Below, one piece after another: positions 49,815-61,841 of a stretch of DNA of 64,000 nt (positions are counted from its first letter, which is position 1; the number at the start of each line of letters is the position of its first letter). Location: positions 1-64,000 of the forward strand of contig CBDCCZ010000004.1 of the NCBI GenBank assembly GCA_965215005.1, read 5' to 3'. The notes beneath the pieces are model-generated. The model saw only the letters and a list, made by a program, of their open reading frames with translations. It was not told the origin of the DNA and searched no databases. The stretch comes from Kofleriaceae bacterium (GTDB lineage: Bacteria; Myxococcota_A; Polyangia; Haliangiales; Haliangiaceae). The position numbers and the translations under genes were made by a program.

Positions 49815-50303
49815 GCGCCATATAGAAGCCGGCGACGGGCTATTGGGCAACTTTTCGGCACCGGCGGCGCGCGTTGGTAAGCATGCGCGGCGGCGGAGCC
49901 CTTAGGAACACCAGGGTGACCATGCTGTTGAAAGGGTGATGCCGCTTCTCGTGGTGCGACAGTGAACGGCTCCGAAGCAAGGCACTACTCACGATTGCGA
50001 TGACCAGCCACCGCCGCGGGATTCGAAGCCACTCGCCGCGCTCGCGACGTGGTCGATGGACAACGTGCTTGCCGCGAGGATTCCCTTCGGGTACTACGTC
50101 GGCGAGCAAGCGACCGTGGTTGAGTGAGCGGCTCGAGGGGATTGGCCACCGCGTGCGCAGTGAATCGCTCCGCGCGTGCCTATGACTGCAGGCGACATGA
50201 TTTCGACCCTCCGACAGGCCCATAGCGCTGCGCGAGCCGGTGTTGGCGGCGCGACGGCTCGGAACCACGACCGCCAAGCGGTGGCTGCGCTGTATGCCTG
50301 ACG

Positions 50304-51467
50304 ATGTCTGAGAACTCCGGCAGCAAATCGAGCGGCGGTTCGTCGCGGCCGCGTAAAGGCACCCTGGCGGAGGCGCGGGTACGCATAAGCGAGCTCGAGG
50401 CCGATTTGGCTGCGGCGCAGCGGACTATCAAGGCACTCCTGGACCGCGCTGAGCGATCTTCGACGGATGTGTCTCCAGAACACGAGGTCTTCGAGGCTGC
50501 CGCGCGGATGGAAGAGCTCATCCAGCAGCGGACCCGGGAGGTCGAGCAAAAGGGGATCGAGCTTGCCGCGGCCAATCGCGAGCTGCGCGATCTCACCAAT
50601 AATCTCGACCAAAGCGTCCGGCAGCGAACCCGCGCATTGGCCGAGTCGGAGGCCCAGCTGCGGCGCAAGAACGTCGAGCTCGAGCGGCTCAACGAGATCA
50701 AAGCCGAGTTTATTTCCATCGCGGCTCATGAGCTGCGGACGCCGCTAACCAGCATCGTTGGCTATCTGGATCTATTCATGGAAGGGCGCTTCGGTGCGCT
50801 AGCCGACAGCATGGTGCGACCGATGGGCTCGCTGCGGCGCAACTCGCATCGGCTCAAGCGCCTCGTCGACGAGATGCTCGACGTGAGTCGCATCGAGGCC
50901 GGGCGAGTCGCCCTGCGGCGTCGACCCGCATCGCTAGCCGAGATCGTGACCGACGTTTTGGCGGAGCTCGAACCGCTCGCCGCGGACAAAGAGCAACGGC
51001 TGCTGTGTGACTTGGGCGAGACGCCACCGGTGAGCGCTGATCCCGACAAGATTCATCAAGTCGTCGCCAATCTCGTTGCCAATGGCATCCGCTATACCCC
51101 TCACGGCGGTGAAATCACTGCCCTTGTCGATGAGGCGCCGCAAGATCGCTTTGCTGGCGCCTGGGCGCGGCTGCGGGTCCGTGACAACGGCGTGGGCATA
51201 CCCTCCGATATGCGCAGCCGGATTTTCGAGCCCTTCTCGGGCGTCAACCCTGTGAAGCACCACACCTCCGCAGGTCCCGACTCAGCCGGCTTGGGGCTCT
51301 ACATCGCGCGCGGACTGGTGGATTTGCACGGCGGGCTCATCACCGTGGAGTCCGAGGAGGGTGCTTATACCGAGTTTACGGTGCTGCTTCCGCTGGCCGA
51401 CGGCAGCGCTGCCGTGGCGGAATCGCCGCTGGCGACCGGCGGGACCAACGAGCGCACCATGCGCTGA
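50304..51467 (+). CDS. Cytoplasmic sensor histidine kinase
   Basis: Coiled-coil N-terminus, AHELRTPL H-box, [21 protein letters not shown]. Confidence 0.92.
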   Translation: MSENSGSKSSGGSSRPRKGTLAEARVRISELEADLAAAQRTIKALLDRAERSSTDVSPEHEVFEAAARMEELIQQRTREVEQKGIELAAANRELRDLTNNLDQSVRQRTRALAESEAQLRRKNVELERLNEIKAEFISIAAHELRTPLTSIVGYLDLFMEGRFGALADSMVRPMGSLRRNSHRLKRLVDEMLDVSRIEAGRVALRRRPASLAEIVTDVLAELEPLAADKEQRLLCDLGETPPVSADPDKIHQVVANLVANGIRYTPHGGEITALVDEAPQDRFAGAWARLRVRDNGVGIPSDMRSRIFEPFSGVNPVKHHTSAGPDSAGLGLYIARGLVDLHGGLITVESEEGAYTEFTVLLPLADGSAAVAESPLATGGTNERTMR

Positions 51468-51661
51468 GCGCCGCTCCGTCGCCAACCCCGGAGCCGCCGG
51501 TACCGCGCCGCGATTCATGGCGCGGGCGACTGCTCAGCGCCTCGGATTGCAGCGATGACGGCTCGCATCGCTATACGCCAGCGCGGCAACGTCGCGATGG
51601 TTCGCGTGTCGCCGCGCCGCTGGCTGCTGCAGGAGTGGCTCGAGGCGCCGCGCGCCTCAGG

Positions 51662-53203
51662 CTACTTGCGCCGCCGATTGGCGGCTTTACCAGCTGATTT
51701 CTTGGCCTGCGATTTCTTCGCTGCAGGCTTCTTGGCAGTCGATTGTTTGGCCTGTGGAGTGTCGGCGGACTTCTTGTTCGAAGCTCGTTTCGCCGCTGTG
51801 GCCTTGCCCGCCGCTTTACCAGCTGCCTTGCCAGAAGGAGGCTTCTTGGCCGCGGCGGCCTTGGCCGACTTCTTGGCCGCAGGCTTCTTGGCAGCCACTT
51901 TCTTGGCCGTCGCGGCCTTAGCCGACGTTTTGGCCGCAGACTTCTTACCGACCACTTTCTTGGCTGCCGCGGCCTTGGCCGATTTCTTGGCTGCCGACTT
52001 CTTGGCGACTGCCTTTTTCGTGGCCGGCTTCTTGGCGACTGTGCTCTTGGCGGCGTTGGCGCCCGCCTTCTTACCGGCCGCTCGCTGCGAAGCCGCGCCC
52101 CGTGCTGACTTCTTGCTGCTGGCGGTCTTACTGTTGTCGGTCTTGCGCTTGGTTGCTGCAGCCGCCGGAACGCTCTTCTTGCCGCCTGTGCGACGTTGTG
52201 GCTCCGACACTGGAGGCGCCGGCACCGTGGTCGCCGTTGGCTTCTTGCCCGCTGCCTTGCGCGAGGCTGCCCGCTTCGCAGTCGAACGCGTCGCCGCGGG
52301 CGTGGAGCTCGCTTGCGCAGCCGCTTGCTTGGACGCCTTGGCCTCGCTCTCTCCTTCGCTGGCCTCGCTTGCGCCGGCCGCCGTGGCTGCCTCTGCCGGT
52401 TCCGTCGCCGCTTCGTCTTGCATGGTGACCTTCTTGGTTCGCTTTCGCGCCTTTGTGGGTGTCTGCTGCGCGTCTGCGTCTGGTTCCGCGGCGCGGCGCT
52501 CGTTTTTCTTGCGTTTCGCTTGAATGACCTCGGCCGCGCGCCGCTGGTGGAGCTTGCGCTTTTCCTCTGCGACCATTTCCGCCGCCGCTGCTCGCGCCTT
52601 TTCCGCGCGCTCGAGCTCTTCTGGGGCCATCGGCTCGGGCGCCGGCAGCGGCGTCACCGCGACCACGGCACCTTTCTTCTTCTTGCTGCGCTTCTTTGGC
52701 TTCTTCTCGCGGGGCGTTGGAAGCTCGGTGATGGCGGGATCGGCGTGGGGCAACGTGCCGGCGCCGCGGTTGTGCGCCATGATCCGCGCTTTGTCTTTGA
52801 AGGTGATCTCGACCTTGTTGTCGGGAAGCAGATCCGTCACAAAGCCGACGTCGTAGCTGGGATGCGCCACGATATCCATTGGCTCGTAGGTGTCGCGAAT
52901 CGAGTAAGGCCGGGAGATCTTCAGATCGACTTCCCGTACCCGCGACATCGCGTCTTCCCAGCTCGGCTTGTTGGTCTTGTTCTCCCGCACCGGCGTGTCG
53001 ACGTCGTCGTCGAAAGGCTCGCCTCGGGGCTTGCGGAACGAATGGACCTCGCCGCACACCTGGCACTGCACGCGACGAACTTCGTCTTCGTACATGCTTA
53101 TGATGGTGTGCGGGGTATCCCCCTTGCACCTAGGGCCAGGGCAATACGCGATGATTTCGCCGCCAACCTCTAGGACATCTTCATCGAAGATGGATGCCAC
53201 CAT
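51662..53203 (-). CDS. Zn-ribbon protein with Lys/Ala-rich histone H1-like C-terminal tail
   Basis: CPGPRC...CQVCGEVH; C-terminal [10 protein letters not shown] repeats. Confidence 0.75.
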   Translation of the reverse strand: MVASIFDEDVLEVGGEIIAYCPGPRCKGDTPHTIISMYEDEVRRVQCQVCGEVHSFRKPRGEPFDDDVDTPVRENKTNKPSWEDAMSRVREVDLKISRPYSIRDTYEPMDIVAHPSYDVGFVTDLLPDNKVEITFKDKARIMAHNRGAGTLPHADPAITELPTPREKKPKKRSKKKKGAVVAVTPLPAPEPMAPEELERAEKARAAAAEMVAEEKRKLHQRRAAEVIQAKRKKNERRAAEPDADAQQTPTKARKRTKKVTMQDEAATEPAEAATAAGASEASEGESEAKASKQAAAQASSTPAATRSTAKRAASRKAAGKKPTATTVPAPPVSEPQRRTGGKKSVPAAAATKRKTDNSKTASSKKSARGAASQRAAGKKAGANAAKSTVAKKPATKKAVAKKSAAKKSAKAAAAKKVVGKKSAAKTSAKAATAKKVAAKKPAAKKSAKAAAAKKPPSGKAAGKAAGKATAAKRASNKKSADTPQAKQSTAKKPAAKKSQAKKSAGKAANRRRK

Positions 53204-53400
53204 GTGTCACTTTCGCCCAGGGGGCCGAAGCCCACGAATTTCTTCGTTTCTTCCTCAGGCCGGGTTCAATCCGGATGAGGACCGTGAAGTTGGTTATCTT
53301 GCTAACACAGCCGGCGAATTCTAGCAACCTTCCGCACTTATGGAGTTTCAGCGCTCCGAGCCAAGGCCTGGCATGGAACCGTCCGCGGTAGAGTGAGGCA

Positions 53401-54927
53401 ATGCGCCGCTTGGCCCTGGTTTACGTCCTGTTCGCGGCGGTGATCGCCTCGGCCGCGGGGCTTGCGTACTACGGCTATTCCTATTCATCGGAGCTCTCGA
53501 GCCGCGAGCGCGCGGTGATCATGGACACCATGCGGGAGCTCGCCGAGGAGAAAGTGCTCGGCATCGAGAGCGAGCTTCTCAAGTCCGATCGGATCGTGTT
53601 CACCGGGATCGATTTCGACGATCTGCCCGGCATTCGCGACCTGATTCGCTCTTCGGGTAGCTTTGCCGAGAGCATTTTGATTCTCGATGACGATCAGATG
53701 ATCGTCCCTGGCGGCTATCAGACCAAGCGGCAAACCGGCAGTCAGGAGTTTCGCAAGCTGTTCGAAGAACAGATCCGCCCGGAGCTGCACCTCGAGCGAG
53801 TCGTGCAAGGGCAACGAGGTCACCTCCACGCCATGTTCGATGGCCGTCCGTATTTGTTCTCGTACGTGCGTGCCCAGCACGATGACCGCACCTATTTCGT
53901 GGTCTTAGAAGAGGACCTTGCGTTTCTGGTCGGCAGCGTGTTTCCGCAGTTCTTCGGGGTCAGCTCGCCTCGGCTCTATCAGGTCGTCAACGACGTCGGT
54001 GAGCTCATCTACGGGTTTGACTTCGCCGGCATCCCAACCGATGACATCGTCGAGCTACCGTTCGTCGACACAGTCAGCCGCTGGCGGCTTCGGGTTGCGC
54101 AAAAGGACGCTTCGGCGCTGCGCGGCGATACCCGCCGGCAGCTCGTCGACGTGATCCTCATTGGCGTCGCTCTCGCGGTGATCATCGCAGGACTGGCGGT
54201 GTTGCTGATGGCGGTGCAGCGTGAGCGGCGCGCAAACGAGCTCAAGAGCGAGTTCATCAGCAACGTGTCCCACGAGCTCAAGACGCCGTTATCGATTATC
54301 AGCATGTTCGGAGAGATGCTCGCCTCGGGGCGCACCAAGTCATCGGCGCAGGCCACGGAGTACGCCGAAATCATTTGGCGCGAGAGCGTGCGGCTCTCGC
54401 GACTCATCGACAACGTCCTAGACTTTGCGAAGATCGAGCGCGGCGTAGACGTCTATGAATTCGCCGAAGGCGATGTAGGCGAGGTGGTGCCGCGGGCGCT
54501 CGAGCTGAGTCGCCACCGCCTCGAGCGCGCCGACCTCGAGGTCGAGGCCGATGTCGCGGACGACTTGCCGATGCAGCTCATCGACGCAAATGCATTGACG
54601 CTTGCCGTTCTCAACCTTGTCGACAACGCCATCAAATATGCGGCGGAGGGCGAAAAGCTCGTCGTCGCCGCCTATCGCGAGAATGGCCGCGTCTATCTGT
54701 CCGTGCGCGATTTCGGTCCCGGCATCGCCGCCGACGAGCACCACGCCATCTTCGACCGTTTTTATCGGGCCAAGGATGTGCGCCTGCGGCCGATTCGTGG
54801 CTCAGGGATCGGTTTGGCGCTGGTCAAACACATTGCGCTCGCTCATGGCGGCGGGGTCGAGGTCGCCAGTGCTGCTGGCCAGGGTGCAACCTTCCGCGTG
54901 TGGATTCCCGCAGCGCAGGGCGAGTAG
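53401..54927 (+). CDS. Membrane sensor histidine kinase
   Basis: Two TMs, [29 protein letters not shown]. Confidence 0.93.
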   Translation: MRRLALVYVLFAAVIASAAGLAYYGYSYSSELSSRERAVIMDTMRELAEEKVLGIESELLKSDRIVFTGIDFDDLPGIRDLIRSSGSFAESILILDDDQMIVPGGYQTKRQTGSQEFRKLFEEQIRPELHLERVVQGQRGHLHAMFDGRPYLFSYVRAQHDDRTYFVVLEEDLAFLVGSVFPQFFGVSSPRLYQVVNDVGELIYGFDFAGIPTDDIVELPFVDTVSRWRLRVAQKDASALRGDTRRQLVDVILIGVALAVIIAGLAVLLMAVQRERRANELKSEFISNVSHELKTPLSIISMFGEMLASGRTKSSAQATEYAEIIWRESVRLSRLIDNVLDFAKIERGVDVYEFAEGDVGEVVPRALELSRHRLERADLEVEADVADDLPMQLIDANALTLAVLNLVDNAIKYAAEGEKLVVAAYRENGRVYLSVRDFGPGIAADEHHAIFDRFYRAKDVRLRPIRGSGIGLALVKHIALAHGGGVEVASAAGQGATFRVWIPAAQGE

Positions 54928-54937
54928 AGTACCCGGT

Positions 54938-55642
54938 ATGCAGCAGTCGGACGACGACAGTCGCAGGAGGATCCTGGTCATCGAGGATGAGCCAGACATC
55001 GTCCGGGGGCTTCGCGACGCGCTCGAGTTCGAGGGCTTCGAGGTTGAGGCCAAAGGCACCGGTGCCGAGGGATTGGAAGCCGCGACCGACTGGGTGCCAG
55101 ACTGCGTGCTCATCGATCTCATGCTTCCCGACGACAACGGCTATCGCGTGTGCGAGACGTTGCGGTCACGCGATCCGGTGGTGCCCATCATCATTCTCAC
55201 GGCCAAAGCACAAGAGGCCGACAAGGTGCGCGGGCTCGAAGCCGGCGCCGACGACTACGTCACCAAGCCGTTTTCGGTCGCCGAGCTCATCGCTCGCATC
55301 AACGCCATCTTTCGCCGTCACGCCCGGTTGGCGAGTCACGAAGAGACCTTCGAGATTGGGCCGTGGACCATCAATGCGCGCAAGCACACGATGAATCGCG
55401 GGCGCACGAGTAAGCGGCTCACCTTCTACGAGCTCGAGGTGCTCAAGCTGCTTCGCGAACGCGCCGACGATGCGGTGTCGCGAGATGAGCTGCTAGAGAA
55501 GGTCTGGGGCGTAGCGCCGACGCCAAATAACCGCACCGTCGATAACTTCGTGGTCAAGTTGCGCCGTAAGCTCGAAGAAGATCAGAAGAACCCGCGCCAC
55601 ATTCTCACCGTGTACGGCTACGGCTATAAGCTCGTGCCATAG
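54938..55642 (+). CDS. OmpR/PhoB-family response regulator
   Basis: [48 protein letters not shown]. Confidence 0.95.
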   Translation: MQQSDDDSRRRILVIEDEPDIVRGLRDALEFEGFEVEAKGTGAEGLEAATDWVPDCVLIDLMLPDDNGYRVCETLRSRDPVVPIIILTAKAQEADKVRGLEAGADDYVTKPFSVAELIARINAIFRRHARLASHEETFEIGPWTINARKHTMNRGRTSKRLTFYELEVLKLLRERADDAVSRDELLEKVWGVAPTPNNRTVDNFVVKLRRKLEEDQKNPRHILTVYGYGYKLVP

Positions 55643-55654
55643 GGGGCAAGGACG

Positions 55655-56305
55655 ATGATCAACCGCGGTAGCGACCTGTCCACCGACAGCACTCATCCGT
55701 GTCCTAGTTGTGGAGGACGGGTGCTGAGAGGCTACGCGCGCTGCCCCAAGTGCAACGCGCTCATGCCAGGCGCGCCGCACGCCGCGCGCGCCCCCACCAT
55801 GCACGAACGTCTCGCCGGCGGCACCCGGCTGCCAGACGCGTCACGAACGCGTACGTTGATGGCGCTTGGAGCGGCCACGCTGGCAGCGCTGGCCGTGCTC
55901 CTACTGCTGGCGGTGACCAGCGGCCGGTCCGCGTCCGAGTCGGCTCCCGAGGAGCTGGTGGAGGCGCCGGTGGCGGAGCCTGACCCCTCGATTGCACTGT
56001 CGGCGCCCCCGGTTGCGGCGGCGCCAGTGCTCACGGAGGAGGTCGATGCGGCGGAGCTGGAGGCGTCGCAACGGCAGGAGGCGCGCTCGGTGCTCCGCGA
56101 GGCGCTTAGACTCCAGCGGGTGTGGGCAGAGGTGGAAGCCGACCCCGAGGAGCCGGCGGTGGTGGTGCTGCGCTCAGCGCTTTGCGAGGATCCAGCGTTG
56201 GCGGCGGTGCTCGCCGACCAACAACAGGCGCTCTCAGCCGCGGGGCTCACGCTGGTGCGCTGCCACGCGCGCCACGGCAAACTGCTATTCGAGCAGCGGC
56301 TGTAG
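55655..56305 (+). CDS. Hypothetical Zn-ribbon + TM protein
   Basis: CPSCG...CPKC, one TM, Pro/Glu linker. Confidence 0.65.
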   Translation: MINRGSDLSTDSTHPCPSCGGRVLRGYARCPKCNALMPGAPHAARAPTMHERLAGGTRLPDASRTRTLMALGAATLAALAVLLLLAVTSGRSASESAPEELVEAPVAEPDPSIALSAPPVAAAPVLTEEVDAAELEASQRQEARSVLREALRLQRVWAEVEADPEEPAVVVLRSALCEDPALAAVLADQQQALSAAGLTLVRCHARHGKLLFEQRL

Positions 56306-56378
56306 CGCGCTGAGCCCCAGTCAAATCGCGCGGGCAGCCATCCTCCTGATGGCCTCATCAAGGCCAGGTCCGGCCGTT

Positions 56379-57578
56379 CTACGCGGCGCGCTCCGCTCCG
56401 CTGCGTCGCCTTCGCGGCAATGCCAACAGCGCCAGCACCGACAAGCTCAACACCAGGGGGCCGAAGGGACTCTGGTTGCTGACCGAACAACAACCGCCGG
56501 TCTCGAGCTCGGCGCGCTTACACTCAGGTGCCTCGCCCGTCTTCGGGTAGATCGCGCACGCCCCGGCGATGTCATCGGGCTCGAGCGTGATTTTCTTGGT
56601 CTCGCCGCACTCCTGAAAGTTGTACATCGTCGGTTCGCTAATCGCCGGTGGCGGCGTGCGGCGCGTGCACAGGGGCACGACGTTGCCGTTGCCATCTAGC
56701 GGCGCCGCACCGGCCTGATCGTGGCAGGTGTGGTCGAGCCCGATGAGGTGGCCGACCTCATGGGTGAGAGTGTTGGCCAAATCGGCGAGGCAGGGCTCGG
56801 AGGCTTCGCTGCTGCCATCGGTGGAGATGGCGAAATCCACCCCGTTGAGCTCAATATCCGCGTCGACGATCTCGCCGTTGCGGTCGCTGTCAGGATCGTC
56901 GATGAAGGTGAGAATCGTGAGAGCGGCGGCCATGGGCGCGTAGCAGCGTTCCTCCGCATCGTCGTTGGCCGGACGGCACCACTTGGTATCGCGGAAGCGA
57001 ATCAGATTGATCCCGTCGAAGCCCGGCTCCGCTTCTCGCGGCCCTTCGAGCACGAACTCGAGATACGAGCAGCTCGAGATGGCCTGCTGCCAGGTTCGAA
57101 ACACTTGATCGAGAATCGCGAACTCAGCGTCGCCGGCGATCGCCGCGGTGCCTTCCGGGTGGTAGGCGATATAGACGCAGCCCGCCTTCCACCGCAGCGG
57201 CTCCCCTTTGTCGGTCGTCGTGCGCACGAACTTGGCTGTGTCGGTGGCGCTCAGCACCTCGGTGAGGGTGAGTGTTGGGGTAGCGCCGCGCCGCCCGCTC
57301 GCATGAGCGCGAACCGTCACGCTCTCGCCGGCAACCAGCAGACGAGGGCCATGCAGGATGAGCTGGCCGAATCCATCCGCTGAGCCGCCGAGCTGCCCGA
57401 CGACGACCTCATCGCCGGCAGGCGTCTGCAGCACCGACTCGGTGACGAGATTGCCGTCGACGGTCCAGCGCGATTCGCTGTGCAGCACGATGCCGCTCAG
57501 CTCGACCTCGGCGGCATGAGCCGCCAACGGCAGGAGCAGTGCCGCTACAAACGCCAGGATTCGCAGGGAGAGCCGCAC
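56379..57578 (-). CDS. Matrixin (M10)-like metalloprotease with MYXO-CTERM tag
   Basis: DADIELN, THEVGHLIGLDH, Met-turn TMY; C-terminal GGCCSV-TM-RRRR. Confidence 0.85.
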   Translation of the reverse strand: MRLSLRILAFVAALLLPLAAHAAEVELSGIVLHSESRWTVDGNLVTESVLQTPAGDEVVVGQLGGSADGFGQLILHGPRLLVAGESVTVRAHASGRRGATPTLTLTEVLSATDTAKFVRTTTDKGEPLRWKAGCVYIAYHPEGTAAIAGDAEFAILDQVFRTWQQAISSCSYLEFVLEGPREAEPGFDGINLIRFRDTKWCRPANDDAEERCYAPMAAALTILTFIDDPDSDRNGEIVDADIELNGVDFAISTDGSSEASEPCLADLANTLTHEVGHLIGLDHTCHDQAGAAPLDGNGNVVPLCTRRTPPPAISEPTMYNFQECGETKKITLEPDDIAGACAIYPKTGEAPECKRAELETGGCCSVSNQSPFGPLVLSLSVLALLALPRRRRSGAERAA

Positions 57579-57617
57579 TGTTCGCAACCTATCACGGCGT
57601 GCTAAAAGCTGCCCACC

Positions 57618-59084
57618 ATGGCTGTCGACGGTCCTCAGAATGCCAAATCGGTGCGGGTCCGCATCGCTCCGTCCCCCACGGGTGATCCGCATGTCGGCAC
57701 TGCCTACATCGCGCTCTTCAACTACGTTTTTGCCAAGCAACATCATGGTCAGTTCATCCTGCGGATCGAAGACACCGATCGGGCGCGATCACGAGCCGAT
57801 AGCGAGGCGATGATCTTCGAGGCGCTGCGGTGGGTGGGGCTCGAGTGGGACGAAGGTCCGGATAAAGGTGGCCCAATGGGGCCTTACCGGCAATCGGAGC
57901 GGTCGGCGATCTATGCGGAGCACGCGCAGATTCTGCTCGACACCGGCAAAGCCTACCGATGTTTCTGCACGACCGAGCGCCTCGCCGAGCTCCGCGAGCG
58001 TCAGCGCGCAAACAAAGAACGTCTTGGCTACGATCGCCATTGCCGCGCCATTGCGGCCGGTGAGTCGTCCGCGCGGGCCAACGCGCAAGAGCCGCATGTG
58101 GTTCGTCTCGCGATGCCAACCGATGGCAAGACGCGCTACCGAGACCATCTGCGGGGCGATATCGAGTTCGAGAATGCGCAGATCGACGACCAGGTCTTGC
58201 TCAAGTCAGATGGCTTTCCCACCTATCATCTGGCCAACGTCGTCGATGATCACTTGATGCAGATCACGCACGTGATTCGTGCTGAGGAGTGGATCACCTC
58301 GACCCCTAAGCATGTGCTGCTGTATGAGGCGTTCGGCTGGCAGCAGCCGACGTGGATCCACATGCCGCTGCTGCGCAATAGTGACAAGTCGAAGATCTCC
58401 AAGCGCAAGAACCCGGTTTCGATCAATTTTTACCGCGACCTCGGCGTGCTCCCTGAGGCGCTGCTCAACTTCTTGGCCATCATGGGCTGGTCGCTGGGCG
58501 GCGATCGAGAGAAATTTACCCTCGCGGAGATGATCGATGGCTTCGATTGGGCGCGAGTCTCGCTCGGTGGACCGGTGTTCGATCAAGACAAGCTCCGTTG
58601 GCTCAACGAGCAGTACATTCACGCGCTGTCGCACGAAGAGCTGGTCGATCGACTGCAAGACTGGCGGCTGGGGCGCGAGCACCTGCTGGCAATCGCGCCG
58701 CTGATGCGCGAGCGAATCAAAGTGCTGAGCGACTTCATTCCGGGGACCGAGTTCTTCTTCTCGGGCGGCGTTGATCACAGCGCCATTGCCGCCGACCTGA
58801 AGATGGGCGATGCGCCCAAGAAAGACATCCGCGTTGCGATCGCCGAGCTTATCGAGCGCTATGAAGCGCTGGAATCATGGGAGCCGAGCGCGCTCGAAAC
58901 CGCGTCTCGCACGTTTTGCGATGACAAAGGGTTGAAGGCCAAGCACGTGTTCATGCTGGTGCGTCTGCTCGTTACCGGACGCAAAGCGTCGCCGGGCCTA
59001 TTTGAGACCATGGCGGTGCTCGGCAAGGAGCTCTGTCGGTACCGAATGCGGCAGGGCTCGGACCTCCTGGCGACCCTAAAGTGA
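57618..59084 (+). CDS. gltX: Glutamate--tRNA ligase
   Basis: [13 protein letters not shown] (HIGH), RIEDTD, PTYHLA, KISKR (KMSKS). Confidence 0.97.
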   Translation: MAVDGPQNAKSVRVRIAPSPTGDPHVGTAYIALFNYVFAKQHHGQFILRIEDTDRARSRADSEAMIFEALRWVGLEWDEGPDKGGPMGPYRQSERSAIYAEHAQILLDTGKAYRCFCTTERLAELRERQRANKERLGYDRHCRAIAAGESSARANAQEPHVVRLAMPTDGKTRYRDHLRGDIEFENAQIDDQVLLKSDGFPTYHLANVVDDHLMQITHVIRAEEWITSTPKHVLLYEAFGWQQPTWIHMPLLRNSDKSKISKRKNPVSINFYRDLGVLPEALLNFLAIMGWSLGGDREKFTLAEMIDGFDWARVSLGGPVFDQDKLRWLNEQYIHALSHEELVDRLQDWRLGREHLLAIAPLMRERIKVLSDFIPGTEFFFSGGVDHSAIAADLKMGDAPKKDIRVAIAELIERYEALESWEPSALETASRTFCDDKGLKAKHVFMLVRLLVTGRKASPGLFETMAVLGKELCRYRMRQGSDLLATLK

Positions 59085-59920
59085 CCGCGTCGGCAAACCC
59101 CCAGACGCGTTCCAGCGCGCTGGGACGGCTGCTTCGGCGTCTCACGGTGGAGCAGTGGCGCGCCATCGACTCGGAGTGCGAAGCTGCCCGCAGCCGCGAG
59201 CTCGGCCAGCAGTTCGACTGGCGACCGCTGGTGGTGTTGGTGGTAGCCGCGATTTCGCTGAGCCTGCAGGAGTACTTTGGCCACCGCGGCTACTTTCAGG
59301 AGTTATTTCCACCTGCCGCCAACGATGACTGGTACCAGCTCAAGGGCTTCGTCTGGTGGTCGGGGTGGCGCTTCTTTGGCTACGTGGTGCTGCCGGTGGC
59401 GGCGATTTGGATCATGCCGGGTGAGCGTGTTCGCGACTACTTCCTCGGCTTCCGCGGCTTCCTTCGCCATCTAGGCCTCTACGGGGTGCTCTTCATCCTG
59501 GTGTTGCCCATGGTGGTCATTGCAGCTCGAACCGAGTCGTTCTTTCTCACCTATCCGTTTTACAAGTGGGCGAATCGCTCGGCTCTGGATTTCTGGCTTT
59601 GGCAGGCGCTGTACGGCTTGCAGTTCCTCTCGCTCGAGTTCTTCTTTCGCGGCTTCTTGCTCTATGGACTGCGGTACAGCATGGGCTCTAAGGCCATCTT
59701 CGTGATGATCGTGCCCTACTGCATGATTCACTTCGGAAAGCCGCTGCCTGAGACCTTGGGTGCCATCGGCGCCGGGCTCATCCTCGGCACCATCGCCATG
59801 CGCACCAAATCGATCTGGGGCGGCGTGCTCATCCATTGCGCAGTGGCGTTGACCATGGACGCGCTGGCGGTGGGACATTGCCCGCAGCCGCAGGCCAACC
59901 TGCCGTGTCGCAGTCACTGA
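59081..59920 (+). CDS. CPBP-family intramembrane endopeptidase
   Basis: [26 protein letters not shown]. Confidence 0.85.
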   Translation: MTASANPQTRSSALGRLLRRLTVEQWRAIDSECEAARSRELGQQFDWRPLVVLVVAAISLSLQEYFGHRGYFQELFPPAANDDWYQLKGFVWWSGWRFFGYVVLPVAAIWIMPGERVRDYFLGFRGFLRHLGLYGVLFILVLPMVVIAARTESFFLTYPFYKWANRSALDFWLWQALYGLQFLSLEFFFRGFLLYGLRYSMGSKAIFVMIVPYCMIHFGKPLPETLGAIGAGLILGTIAMRTKSIWGGVLIHCAVALTMDALAVGHCPQPQANLPCRSH

Positions 59921-59982
59921 GCTGCAGAACCCCTTGCGCGGCTCGCGGCCGGCTGGCTCGCTGGCGCCACGTTTGATGCGCC

Positions 59983-61428
59983 ATGCTCGAGCTTACGTGG
60001 ATCCTGTATGCGGGCGTGTTGAGCTTACTCGCTGTCTATGGAGCGCACCGCCTGTTGCTCACCTGGCGCGCCTGGCACCTGGCGCCGCAAGGCAGCGTCG
60101 AGGCGCCAGAGTTGCCTGCGGAGCTGCCTCGGGTGACGGTTCAGCTTCCGCTCTACAACGAATTCTATGTGGCCGAGCGGGTGATTGCGGCGGCCGCGGC
60201 TCTGGATTGGCCGGCGGACCGACTACACCTGCAAATCCTCGACGACTCCACCGACGAGACTAGTGCGCACTGCGCGCGCTTGATCGCCGAGCTCAAAGCT
60301 CGCGGCCTGCAGGTCGATCACCTTCGCCGCAGCAATCGGCGTGGGTTCAAAGCTGGTGCGCTCGCAGCCGGGCTCGCTGCCACAGACGCGGAGCTGATCT
60401 TGGTGCTCGATGCCGACTTCGTGCCGCCGCCATCGCTCTTGCGAGACACCGTGGGCCACTTCGCAGATCCGAGCGTTGGCATGGTGCAGGTGCGTTGGGA
60501 GCATCTCAATCGCTGTGCCTCATTGCTCACGCGCGTGCAGTCCATCCTCCTCGATGGCCACTTCGTAATCGAGCAGAACGTGCGTGCTCAGCGGGGCCAG
60601 TTTTTCAACTTCAATGGCACTGCTGGGATCTGGCGTCGCTCCGCTATCGAGAGCGCCGGCGGGTGGCAGGCAGACACGCTCACCGAAGACCTCGATTTAT
60701 CGTATCGCGCGCTTTTGGCGGGTTGGCGTTTCGTTTACCGACTCGATGCAGCCGCTCCCGCGGAGTTGCCCGCGGACATGAATGCGTTCAAGTCGCAACA
60801 GTTTCGCTGGGCGAAGGGCTCGGTGCAGGTTGCCCGCAAGGTCCTGCCAGCGGTGTTGCGTGCGCGTTTGCCGCTGCACGTCAAGCTCGAGGCGGCGCTG
60901 CACTTGACGCAAAATCTGCCGCACCTCTTGATGCTACTTCTCGTGCTCCTCGCGGTGCCGGCGCTGCTGCTGCGCGGGTCGGCGAGCGCGGCCGAGACGT
61001 GGCTCGTCCATATGCCTACGCTGCTGGTGAGCGCGGTGACGGCGGCGGCTTACGCCGGGGTGAGCCAGCATTCGCTGGGGCGAGATGATTGGCGCGGCGC
61101 CCTCTGGCGCGCCCCGGCGCTCGTGGCCGTGGCCGCTGGCCTGTGTGTGAGCCAAGCCAGGGCGGTCGTAGAAGGCGCACTGGGGCACCAGACGCCGTTC
61201 GTGCGTACACCCAAGCACGGCGGCGCGGCTGCGACCGGACGCTGGCGTAGGCTCCGCTACCGCGGAATGCCCGGCCCTACGTGCGTGGCCGAGCTCTTTC
61301 TCGGGGCCTACTTCGCAGCCGCTTGCGCGCTTGGCTGGGTGCTGGGGACCTGGGCGGTGTTGCCGGCGTTCATCCTCTTGTGCGCAGGCTTCAGCTACGT
61401 CGGTACGTGTTCCCTGCTGCGCCGGTGA
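59983..61428 (+). CDS. GT2 processive glycosyltransferase (cellulose-synthase-like)
   Basis: QLPLYNE, DDS, KAGAL, DAD, TED, QQFRW. Confidence 0.92.
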   Translation: MLELTWILYAGVLSLLAVYGAHRLLLTWRAWHLAPQGSVEAPELPAELPRVTVQLPLYNEFYVAERVIAAAAALDWPADRLHLQILDDSTDETSAHCARLIAELKARGLQVDHLRRSNRRGFKAGALAAGLAATDAELILVLDADFVPPPSLLRDTVGHFADPSVGMVQVRWEHLNRCASLLTRVQSILLDGHFVIEQNVRAQRGQFFNFNGTAGIWRRSAIESAGGWQADTLTEDLDLSYRALLAGWRFVYRLDAAAPAELPADMNAFKSQQFRWAKGSVQVARKVLPAVLRARLPLHVKLEAALHLTQNLPHLLMLLLVLLAVPALLLRGSASAAETWLVHMPTLLVSAVTAAAYAGVSQHSLGRDDWRGALWRAPALVAVAAGLCVSQARAVVEGALGHQTPFVRTPKHGGAAATGRWRRLRYRGMPGPTCVAELFLGAYFAAACALGWVLGTWAVLPAFILLCAGFSYVGTCSLLRR

Positions 61429-61471
61429 GACGCATTGGCTGACCGCTGTAATTCTCGAGGTCGCGGGGCGA

Positions 61472-61504
61472 GAAAAGAAAAGGGCGGCTCGAAAGCCGCC
61501 CTTT
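61472..61504 (-). terminator. Intrinsic terminator downstream of 6S RNA (possibly bidirectional)
   Basis: Minus strand: GGGCGGCT-TTCG-AGCCGCCC followed by TTTTCTTTTCT. Confidence 0.85.
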
Positions 61505-61512
61505 GAAAAGAT

Positions 61513-61697
61513 GGGTTCTCCGCTTGGACCGTGGGCAAAAAATCTATCCCCTACGTTTTGCGTAGGTGGGCTCCGCGATAACCGAAGCTAAGGCTTCCCG
61601 ACGTGCGGGCGTGCGCGCTTCAGCCAGAGACAGATCCCAGGATAGACATTGTAGGGAAAAGATTTGTACCCGTACTCGTGTCTAGCAGATGAAACCC
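61513..61697 (-). ncRNA. ssrS: 6S RNA
   Basis: 185 nt; ends pair (GGGTTTC..TCTGCT / AGCGGA..GAACCC); 6S-like GAAGCCTTA and CCCACCT...GTAGGGG segments; own sigma70 promoter and terminator. Confidence 0.8.
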
Positions 61698-61704
61698 AAG
61701 AGCT

Positions 61705-61733
61705 ACGTTAATGACGACAGTGGCAGGCGTCAA
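61705..61733 (-). promoter_or_regulatory. Sigma70-type promoter for the 6S RNA
   Basis: TTGACG-17 bp-TAACGT, 7 nt before the predicted 5' end. Confidence 0.7.
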
Positions 61734-61841
61734 GGACAATGAAGCGGCCCCCGCGAAGTCTCGCAAACGTGCCAAAGGGAGTCGTTTGCGCCGCAACGTC
61801 ATTCTCGCTCCCGGCGTTTTTCCCTTGACCGTGACGGGTGA

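Noticed and set aside
51555..52523. 322-aa hydrophobic plus-strand ORF
   Set aside because: Antisense shadow of the Lys/Ala-rich tail of 51662-53203
57618..59084. gltX as a dedicated Glu-tRNA supplier for LanB
   Set aside because: About 30 kb away in a housekeeping context; no evidence of linkage
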